Source: Patescibacteria group bacterium (GTDB lineage: Bacteria; Patescibacteriota; Microgenomatia; Curtissbacterales; DATCJB01). Taken from it: a stretch of DNA of 32,680 nt. Below are positions 16,617 to 23,830 of the stretch, in pieces. The notes under the pieces were generated by a model. That model was not told where the DNA came from and did no database searches. It was given only the letters and a program-made list of their open reading frames with translations. The position numbers and the translations under genes are program-made. The stretch covers positions 1-32,680 of the forward strand of contig DATCJB010000009.1 of assembly GCA_036507455.1 (NCBI GenBank). Reading direction: 5' to 3'. Every line of letters begins with the position of its first letter. Within the stretch, counting starts at the first letter, position 1.

Positions 16617-17984
16617 TTAAATAAATATGGTTAGTATGGTCGCCGCTCCTGCAAGTGTCATTGCGGCAGTAATAAAGTAACCGATCGATTTATTCAACCG
16701 GCCGCTTGCCCATTTACCCATAATTTTCAAATTACTGCTGATTAAAACTATTTGAATTAAAACGACCGGAGCTACTAAACCGTTGGCTACAGCCGAGTAA
16801 ATTAAAGCTTTCATCGGGTCAATTCCCGTAAAGTTGATTATCAAGCCGATAAGCATTGAAATGATTATCACACCGTAAAAACCGTGCGCCTGTTTAAATT
16901 TTCTGAAAAGTCCTTCTTTCCAGCCTAAACTTTCGGACATTGCATACGAAGCCGAACCGGCCAGAACCGGAACCGCAAGCAATCCCGTTCCGACAATTCC
17001 GATTGCAAAAAGTAAGTAAGCAGCGTCTCCGGCCAGTGGCCTTAAAGCCGAAGCCGCATCAGCCGCTGTTGTAATGTCGGTTATACCGTTTGCAAAAAGT
17101 GTCGCAGCGGAAGCCGCAATAATGAAAAACATGACGATATTTGACAAAAACATCCCCGACCAAACGTCGATCCTCATTCTTTTTACCGCTTTGGGAGTGG
17201 CTCCTATTCTTGATGCAATGGAAGTTTCACCTTCTAAAATTTGTTCTTCTACTTCTTGAGAAGTTTGCCAAAAAAATAAATAGGGCGAAATTGTAGTACC
17301 TAATATTGCACAAATCAAAAAAATTTGTTCTTTGGAAAAGGTAATTGAAGGAATAATAGCTTGATTTAGAACTTGAGACCAGTCTAATTTCGATAGAAGA
17401 GCTGAAGCGATATAGGAGAATAAGATGAAAGCCAAATATTTTAAATACCTGGCATATTTTTCATAAGTCGAAAAAATCTGCAAAAGTAAAGTTATCGAGG
17501 TAAAAAACACCAAGAAAATAGTAAAACTCAAATTTGGAAGTAAAAGCTGACCGGCTTTTGCCATTGCTCCAAGATTGGCTCCAATGTTTAAAGTATTGGC
17601 AAAAAATAGAAGGCCGGCTGTTGTGTATAACACCCAGCGCGGATAATGCCTGCGAATATTTGCCGCCAAACCCCTGCCTGTTACAAGTCCGATTCTAGCA
17701 CACATCTCCTGAACTACAGACATCAAAGGAAAAGTAATTGGCGCAAACCAAAGCAACTGGAAACCGTATTGGGCACCTGTCTGGGAATAAGTTGCAATTC
17801 CTGAAGGGTCATCATCCGATGCGCCCGTCGTTAAACCCGGACCCAAAAGTTTCCAGTAGTCCTTCGCTTCCTTGATTTCCTTTTTGGGAATTAATTTTTC
17901 GACTGTTTTTTCAGCTGACTCAACGGATTCTTCAATTCTTTCAAGTGGTGATTCCGTTTGTTTTGCAATCGGCTCTTTGGACAC
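16617..17984 (-). CDS. NRAMP-family divalent metal cation transporter
   Basis: 455 aa with a GTG start. GPGLTTGASDDDPSGIATYSQTGAQYGFQLLW is the NRAMP-related DPGN-type first-helix motif, followed by about 11 hydrophobic helices. It is convergent with the VIT gene across a 10-nt gap and lies 55 nt downstream of lexA on the same strand. Confidence 0.85.
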   Translation of the reverse strand: MSKEPIAKQTESPLERIEESVESAEKTVEKLIPKKEIKEAKDYWKLLGPGLTTGASDDDPSGIATYSQTGAQYGFQLLWFAPITFPLMSVVQEMCARIGLVTGRGLAANIRRHYPRWVLYTTAGLLFFANTLNIGANLGAMAKAGQLLLPNLSFTIFLVFFTSITLLLQIFSTYEKYARYLKYLAFILFSYIASALLSKLDWSQVLNQAIIPSITFSKEQIFLICAILGTTISPYLFFWQTSQEVEEQILEGETSIASRIGATPKAVKRMRIDVWSGMFLSNIVMFFIIAASAATLFANGITDITTAADAASALRPLAGDAAYLLFAIGIVGTGLLAVPVLAGSASYAMSESLGWKEGLFRKFKQAHGFYGVIIISMLIGLIINFTGIDPMKALIYSAVANGLVAPVVLIQIVLISSNLKIMGKWASGRLNKSIGYFITAAMTLAGAATILTIFI

Positions 17985-18039
17985 TTTAGTTTATTGTTAA
18001 TATTAGCCAGTCAAAGTGTCAAGTGGAGACGTATACAAT

Positions 18040-18657
18040 TTAAGAGTACCTTCTGATAACAGCCACAAGTTTACCCTGCACGACGACGTCTTTGGCAAAA
18101 ATTGGTGACATTTTGGAATTGGCCGGTTCAAGCCTAATACGATTTGGTTCCTTAAAAAAGCGCTTTAAGGTAACAATTCCATTATCAAGCATTGCGACCA
18201 CGATTTCGCCGTTTTTGGCCTCTTTTGCTTCCTCAATTACTGCGTAATCTCCGTCCAAGATTCCGTCTTCTATCATTGATTCACCTTTGACTTGAAGTAC
18301 GTATGATTTCTTCTTTGGATTAAGTAAGGTTGGAGCGACTTCAAACGTCGCATTAGGATCGGAATAAGGTTCAATCGGAGAACCGGCCGCGATAAACCCC
18401 AAAAGCGGCAATTCAACGCCTTCAAGGGCTTTGGAAAGTTTATTGTCGATCACTTCAATACCTCGATTAATTCCCTGATATCTTCTAATCACGCCTTTCC
18501 GCGCCAAAGTCGTTAAGTGTTCGTGAACGGTAGCCAAGGAGCGCAACTTTAAGAATTTGGCAATTTCAGCTAGAGTTGGCGAATGCCCGTACTCGTCAAT
18601 ATAGTGGTTTATGAAGTCTAATATTTGTTTTTGTCTCTTGTATAGCGTTACCGGCAT
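18040..18657 (-). CDS. lexA: LexA repressor (SOS regulator, S24 peptidase)
   Basis: 205 aa. Winged-helix N-terminus (LYKRQKQILDFI...GHSPTLAEIAKFLKLRSLATVHEHLTTLARKG), an Ala-Gly cleavage site (FIAAGSPIEP), the catalytic Ser (VKGESMIEDGI) and the catalytic Lys (VTLKRF). Confidence 0.92.
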   Translation of the reverse strand: MPVTLYKRQKQILDFINHYIDEYGHSPTLAEIAKFLKLRSLATVHEHLTTLARKGVIRRYQGINRGIEVIDNKLSKALEGVELPLLGFIAAGSPIEPYSDPNATFEVAPTLLNPKKKSYVLQVKGESMIEDGILDGDYAVIEEAKEAKNGEIVVAMLDNGIVTLKRFFKEPNRIRLEPANSKMSPIFAKDVVVQGKLVAVIRRYS

Positions 18658-18686
18658 ACCACTAAATTACCAAATAAAACCCGAAG

Positions 18687-18700
18687 TTGTCAATAGACAA
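18687..18700. promoter_or_regulatory. perfect 5-N4-5 palindrome TTGTC-AATA-GACAA in the divergent lexA/uvrB control region (operator candidate)
   Basis: The arms are exact reverse complements. The palindrome overlaps the -35 of the uvrB promoter (TAGACA, 18694-18699) and the -35 of the lexA promoter (TTGACA on the minus strand, complement of 18688-18693). Confidence 0.45.
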
Positions 18701-18722
18701 AATTAAATTTCAAGATTATAAT
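18694..18722 (+). promoter_or_regulatory. uvrB promoter candidate TAGACA-17 nt-TATAAT
   Basis: TAGACA at 18694-18699 and TATAAT at 18717-18722. There are 12 nt from the -10 box to the uvrB ATG at 18735. The mirror lexA promoter on the minus strand is TTGACA-18 nt-TAATTT (complement of 18664-18693), with 6 nt to the lexA ATG. Confidence 0.45.
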
Positions 18723-18734
18723 GAAATTTTGATC

Positions 18735-20729
18735 ATGTTTAAATTAATTTCCAGTTACAAACCCAAAGGAGACCAGCCCCAGGCAATTGAGAAATTGACA
18801 AAAGGTTTAAATAAAGGTTTTGAGCATCAAACTTTGCTCGGTGTGACGGGATCCGGAAAAACTTTCACAATGGCGTCTGTTATTGAGAAAGTTAACAGGC
18901 CGACCTTGGTTATTTCCCACAATAAGACGCTTGCAGCTCAACTTTTTCAGGAGTTTCGTGAGTTCTTTCCCGAAAATTCCGTCAATTACTTTGTCTCTTA
19001 CTACGACTATTACATGCCGGAGTCATATATTCCCCAAACAGATACATATATAGAAAAAGAAACCGAAATTAATGAAGAAATTGACAAGTTAAGACTGGCC
19101 GCAACCACTGCCTTGATGACAAGAAAAGACGTAGTCGTTGTTGCGTCGGTTTCCTGTATTTATAATTTAGGTTCTCCGGTCGAGTATGGAAAATTTATTT
19201 TACCTCTTAGTATCGGTCAAGCTTGGCAGCGGACAAAACTTTTATATGAGCTCGCCCGTCTTCAATACGACAGAAACGAGATGGACTTTAAACGGGGAAC
19301 GTACAGGGTTAGAGGAGAAAATGTTGAAGTTTATCCGGCTTATGAAAGCAATGGTTTAAGGATTGAATTTATAGGAGAGAAAATCAAAGCCATTACAAGT
19401 TTTGAACCTGTAACGGGCAACACCCACAAACACTTGGAAGCAATCGTTTTGTATCCCGCTAAACACTATGTTACAAGCGAGGATGTTTTAAAGGGTGCTA
19501 TTGAAAAGATTGAAAAAGACTTGGAAACAAGAGTTGAAGATCTGAAAAAACAAGGCAAAATGCTTGAAGCACACAGAATCAGGCAAAAAACAAAATATGA
19601 TATTGAACAAATGCTGGAGTTTGGGTTTTGTAAAGGAATAGAGAATTATTCCCGATATTTTGACGGCAGAAAACCGGGAGAACCGCCGTTTAGCCTACTT
19701 GATTACTTTCCCAAAGATTATCTTTGCATAATTGATGAGTCCCATATGACTATTCCGCAAATCCGCGGAATGTACAATGGTGATCAATCGCGTAAACAAA
19801 CTTTAGTTGATTTTGGTTTTAGACTTCCTTCAGCACTGGATAACAGACCACTTAAATATGAAGAATTCGCTAGGCGTACAAATCAATTAATCTATACTTC
19901 AGCAACACCTAATGAATTTGAATTATCCCTGTCAAGCAAAATAGTAGAACAACTAATCAGGCCGACGGGACTAATCGATCCGAAAATTTCAATCCGGCCA
20001 ACAAAGGGACAAATAGACGACCTGATAAGCGAGGTTGAAAAAACGGTATCCAAAGGCCAAAGAGTTTTGGTTACAACTTTAACCAAAAGAATGTCAGAAG
20101 ATTTGAGCGAATATTTAGAATCAAAAAAAATAAAAGTAACCTATTTGCACTCGGAAATAGAGACTTTAGACAGAACGGACATCTTAGATGATTTAAGAAT
20201 GGGTAAATATGATGTTCTTGTAGGTATAAATTTACTCAGAGAAGGTTTAGACTTACCCGAAGTATCTCTAGTAGCAATTTTAGACGCTGATAAAGAAGGA
20301 TTTTTACGTTCTGATACGGCTCTGATTCAAACAATGGGACGAGCCGCCCGTCACGTAGAAGGAAACGTGATTTTATATGCAGATAACATAACGGGTTCAA
20401 TGAGAAGAGCAATGGATGAGGTAGAAAGAAGAAGAAAAGTTCAAACTGATTTCAATCAAAAGTTTAAGATTATCCCCAAATCAATCGAAAAACCGGTAAG
20501 AGATAAATTAGTTGATAGAAGTGAAGAAGATCAAAAGAAATTAGTCTGGCGGGATTCAGTTATAGAAGAAGCGATTTTAAGAGCGGAAGAAGGTTCTCTT
20601 CTATCAGATGACCGGCAAAAGTTAATAAAAATCCTAACCCGTGAAATGAAAGATGCGGCGAGAATGCTTGATTTTGAGAAAGCAGCCGCTTTAAGAGATC
20701 AGGTTATTGAACTGAAATCCTATTCCTGA
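18735..20729 (+). CDS. uvrB: excinuclease ABC subunit B
   Basis: About 664 aa from the ATG at 18735 (MFKLISSYKPKGDQPQAIEKL is the canonical UvrB N-terminus). Walker A is GVTGSGKTF, helicase motifs include DESH and QTMGRAAR, and the C-terminal UVR domain is DFEKAAALRDQVIELK. The listed TTG at 18687 would place the start inside the promoter and palindrome. Confidence 0.95.
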   Translation: MFKLISSYKPKGDQPQAIEKLTKGLNKGFEHQTLLGVTGSGKTFTMASVIEKVNRPTLVISHNKTLAAQLFQEFREFFPENSVNYFVSYYDYYMPESYIPQTDTYIEKETEINEEIDKLRLAATTALMTRKDVVVVASVSCIYNLGSPVEYGKFILPLSIGQAWQRTKLLYELARLQYDRNEMDFKRGTYRVRGENVEVYPAYESNGLRIEFIGEKIKAITSFEPVTGNTHKHLEAIVLYPAKHYVTSEDVLKGAIEKIEKDLETRVEDLKKQGKMLEAHRIRQKTKYDIEQMLEFGFCKGIENYSRYFDGRKPGEPPFSLLDYFPKDYLCIIDESHMTIPQIRGMYNGDQSRKQTLVDFGFRLPSALDNRPLKYEEFARRTNQLIYTSATPNEFELSLSSKIVEQLIRPTGLIDPKISIRPTKGQIDDLISEVEKTVSKGQRVLVTTLTKRMSEDLSEYLESKKIKVTYLHSEIETLDRTDILDDLRMGKYDVLVGINLLREGLDLPEVSLVAILDADKEGFLRSDTALIQTMGRAARHVEGNVILYADNITGSMRRAMDEVERRRKVQTDFNQKFKIIPKSIEKPVRDKLVDRSEEDQKKLVWRDSVIEEAILRAEEGSLLSDDRQKLIKILTREMKDAARMLDFEKAAALRDQVIELKSYS

Positions 20730-20776
20730 CCCTTGAATAAATATTGATATTCGTGGTAAAATTTTTCTCTTCTTGG

Positions 20777-20800
20777 GTCCTTTAGACCTAAAAGGACTTT
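20777..20800 (+). terminator. weak hairpin after uvrB (GTCCTTT-7 nt-AAAGGAC followed by TTT)
   Basis: A 7-bp stem pairs 20777-20783 with 20791-20797, with loop AGACCTA and only three trailing T. It is marginal as an intrinsic terminator. Confidence 0.3.
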
Positions 20801-20802
20801 AG

Positions 20803-20888
20803 GATAAACAAAAATGTTTACATTGAGCAGTTCACATGCGTTCAGTAAAAATGAAGCGAAATGTTTACATTGAACGAAGTGAAATGAA
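20803..20888 (+). promoter_or_regulatory. uvrA leader cassette with two AATGTTTACATT palindromic sites; homologous to 27129..27187
   Basis: AATGTTTACATT is at 20813-20824 and 20860-20871. Positions 20857-20888 (CGAAATGTTTACATTGAACGAAGTGAAATGAA) are identical to 27156-27187, including the start codon and two further bases. Confidence 0.7.
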
Positions 20889-23802
20889 AAACAATTTAAC
20901 TCCGAAAGATGAAATAGTTATTCGCGGGGCACGTGAACATAATCTTAAGAATATCGACGTGCGGATCCCGAAGAACAAACTGGTTGTCTTTACGGGTATT
21001 TCCGGTTCGGGGAAGTCATCCTTGGCTTTTGACACAATATATGCCGAAGGACAACGACGTTATGTGGAATCGTTAAGCGCTTATGCCCGCCAATTTTTAG
21101 GAGTAATGGACAAACCGGACGTTGATTCAATAGACGGATTATCACCTGCAATTTCAATTGATCAGAAATCCCGTTCCCACAACCCAAGATCAACAGTCGG
21201 AACCGTAACCGAAATTTACGACTATTTAAGGCTTTTATACGCAAGAGCCGGTCATCCCCATTGTCCGGTTTGCGGCCGGGAGATTTATCACCAAAGTGCA
21301 ACCCAAATAGTCGGAGAGGTTAATAAACTTGGAGAAAAAACGGGCAAAAGAGGGATCCGTGCACTAATTCTTTCACCCGTGGTCAGAGACAGAAAAGGAG
21401 AGTTCTCTCAACTATTTTTGGATATTAAAAAAAGAGGCTACAAATATGTTCGGGTAGACGGAAAAATAAAACCGGTCAGTGATGATTTTGTTCTGATTAA
21501 AACTAATAAACATTCCATTGACATAGTCATCGACCGTTTGGTTTTACCGGCAACCGACCGGATGCGCCTTACCCAATCAGTTGAAGCTGCACTAAAACTT
21601 GGTGATGGAAACTTAATTCTGGGCGAGATTGGCGACAAATCATTTGATATTCCGGAAATTCCCAACAATATCACCGATCACTTATTTAGCGAAAAATTTG
21701 CCTGTCCTGTAGACAACATATCACTGCCGGAAATTGAACCCAGAACATTCTCATTTAACTCTCCTCACGGAGCTTGTGTTAAATGTACCGGTTTGGGTCA
21801 GCAACTCGAAGTCGATCCAAATCTTGTATTAAATCCGAATTTAACGTTAGCCGAGGGAGGGGTTTTACCCTGGAATAAACTGGCAACCGGAGATACCTGG
21901 TTTTCAAAGGTTTTAGAAAAAGTTGCCGGTGAAGTCGGCTTTAGTTTAAATACGCCAATCAAAGATTTATCAATCGAGAATAAAAAGGTAATCCTTTATG
22001 GAATTGATAAGTTGTTTAGAGTTAGCGGCAAGAACCGGTTCGGCCGCCACGTCTCCTGGGATTCTTCGTTTGAAGGCGTGATTCCGAATCTTGAAAGAAG
22101 GTATAAGGAAACGGATTCTGATTATGTCAGAAAAGAAATTGAAAAATATATGCGGGTATCAATTTGCCCGCAGTGTTTGGGGAACAGACTTAAACCGGAA
22201 GCCCTGTCAATAACCATCGACGGCAAATCAATTTCCGAAATTTCCAGTTTTTCAATTTTTAATTTTAAAGATTGGATATCAAAATTAACAACCAATACTA
22301 AAATTTTGAACGATCGTGAAAAAGTTATTGCAAAACCTATTTTAAAAGAGCTTATTTTGCGGGTACAATTTCTGCTTGACGTTGGCCTTGAATACTTAAC
22401 GGTTAATAGAACTGCTGCGACTTTGGCCGGAGGCGAGGCTCAAAGGATCAGGCTTGCTTCCCAAATCGGCAGCGGTTTATCAGGAGTATTGTATGTTTTG
22501 GACGAACCGTCGATTGGTCTTCATCAGAGGGATAATAGAAGACTGATTGAAACCTTAAAACGCTTAAGGGATCTGCAAAATACGGTAGTGGTTGTTGAGC
22601 ACGATCGTGAGATTATGTCAGAAGCTGATCACATAATTGATTTCGGTCCAGGCGCCGGGGAGCACGGAGGAAAAATTATTTCCCAGGGAACACCGGCACA
22701 AATTATGAAAGACCCGGCGTCATTAACCGGTAAATATCTGTCAGGTAAAAAAGTTATAAGAAGAGAACGTAAGAACGGTCAACTTCAATTACCGGATCAA
22801 AATTCCAATAAAAGCTTAATAATTGTAGGTGCCAGAGAACACAATTTAAAAGAGGTCGAAATTGAATTTCCATTGGGAAAATTTGTTTGCGTAACAGGAG
22901 TGTCCGGATCCGGTAAATCTACTTTAATTAATGACATATTATATAACGCACTAGCCTCTCACTTTTACAGGTCGAAAGAAAAAATTGGAGATCACGACCG
23001 GATTATGGGGCTTGAACTTATTGACAAAGTAATTTTAATTGATCAATCTCCAATCGGTAGAACTCCAAGGTCAAATCCTGCAACATATACCGGCGTTTTT
23101 ACAATAATTAGAGAGTTGTTTTCCAAAACAATAGACGCCAAGGTTCGCGGATATAAACCCGGTAGATTTTCTTTCAACGTTAAAGGAGGCAGATGCGAGG
23201 CTTGTGAAGGAGAAGGTCAGATAAAAATAGAGATGCAGTTTTTACCCGATGTATATGTTGATTGTGAAGTGTGTCTCGGCAGGCGATATAACGAAGAGGC
23301 TTTGGAAATTCACTATAAAGGAAGAAATATAGCAGAAGTATTGGATATGACCGTTGAGGACGCATTAAAATTCTTTGAAAACATTCCTCAAATTCAGCAA
23401 AAATTAGTTACAATTTTCGACGTTGGACTCGGGTATATAAAACTTGGCCAGCCGGCCCCGACTTTGTCCGGAGGAGAAGCCCAAAGAGTAAAATTAGCCA
23501 CCGAGTTATCAAGGCGTTCAACAGGCAAAACGGTTTATATTTTAGATGAACCTACAACCGGTTTACATTTTGCGGATATTGAACGCTTGCTTGAAATTTT
23601 GCACAGGTTGGTTGAAGGCGGCAATACCGTAATTATCATCGAGCACAATTTGGACGTGATTAAAAATGCTGACTGGATTATAGATTTAGGACCCGAAGGG
23701 GGAGACGGCGGGGGAAAGGTGATTGCCGTTGGTACTCCGGAAGAACTTGCAAAAATAAAATCTTCATACACAGGAAAATTCCTGGCAGAGATTCTTGTCT
23801 AA
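20884..23802 (+). CDS. uvrA: excinuclease ABC subunit A
   Basis: About 972 aa from the ATG at 20884 ([24 protein letters not shown] is the canonical UvrA start). Two ABC modules (GISGSGKSS; GVSGSGKST; LSGGEAQR twice) and zinc modules ([25 protein letters not shown]...CEVCLG). The in-frame ATG at 20836 would read through the conserved leader cassette. Confidence 0.95.
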   Translation: MKNNLTPKDEIVIRGAREHNLKNIDVRIPKNKLVVFTGISGSGKSSLAFDTIYAEGQRRYVESLSAYARQFLGVMDKPDVDSIDGLSPAISIDQKSRSHNPRSTVGTVTEIYDYLRLLYARAGHPHCPVCGREIYHQSATQIVGEVNKLGEKTGKRGIRALILSPVVRDRKGEFSQLFLDIKKRGYKYVRVDGKIKPVSDDFVLIKTNKHSIDIVIDRLVLPATDRMRLTQSVEAALKLGDGNLILGEIGDKSFDIPEIPNNITDHLFSEKFACPVDNISLPEIEPRTFSFNSPHGACVKCTGLGQQLEVDPNLVLNPNLTLAEGGVLPWNKLATGDTWFSKVLEKVAGEVGFSLNTPIKDLSIENKKVILYGIDKLFRVSGKNRFGRHVSWDSSFEGVIPNLERRYKETDSDYVRKEIEKYMRVSICPQCLGNRLKPEALSITIDGKSISEISSFSIFNFKDWISKLTTNTKILNDREKVIAKPILKELILRVQFLLDVGLEYLTVNRTAATLAGGEAQRIRLASQIGSGLSGVLYVLDEPSIGLHQRDNRRLIETLKRLRDLQNTVVVVEHDREIMSEADHIIDFGPGAGEHGGKIISQGTPAQIMKDPASLTGKYLSGKKVIRRERKNGQLQLPDQNSNKSLIIVGAREHNLKEVEIEFPLGKFVCVTGVSGSGKSTLINDILYNALASHFYRSKEKIGDHDRIMGLELIDKVILIDQSPIGRTPRSNPATYTGVFTIIRELFSKTIDAKVRGYKPGRFSFNVKGGRCEACEGEGQIKIEMQFLPDVYVDCEVCLGRRYNEEALEIHYKGRNIAEVLDMTVEDALKFFENIPQIQQKLVTIFDVGLGYIKLGQPAPTLSGGEAQRVKLATELSRRSTGKTVYILDEPTTGLHFADIERLLEILHRLVEGGNTVIIIEHNLDVIKNADWIIDLGPEGGDGGGKVIAVGTPEELAKIKSSYTGKFLAEILV

Positions 23803-23830
23803 ACGATCTATTGGTGTAATACTAAATTTA

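Noticed and set aside
18687-18734. N-terminal extension of uvrB from the TTG at 18687.
   Set aside because: It would begin inside the palindrome and -35 box and read through the TATAAT box. Canonical UvrB N-termini begin at MFKL.S.Y.P.GDQP, which fits the ATG at 18735.
20830-20844. Direct repeat GTTCA-N5-GTTCA inside the uvrA-specific 24-nt insertion, reminiscent of the alphaproteobacterial GTTC-N7-GTTC LexA box.
   Set aside because: The spacing differs (N6 between the GTTC tetramers). The repeated unit is only 5 nt. The element is absent from the homologous membrane-protein leader and from the lexA/uvrB region. It is most likely chance.
20836-20883. N-terminal extension of uvrA ([16 protein letters not shown]...) from the ATG at 20836.
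   Set aside because: The extension would translate the non-coding leader cassette that is duplicated upstream of an unrelated gene (27156-27182), where the corresponding frame is not part of the ORF. UvrA homologues start close to the [12 protein letters not shown] motif, which fits the ATG at 20884.
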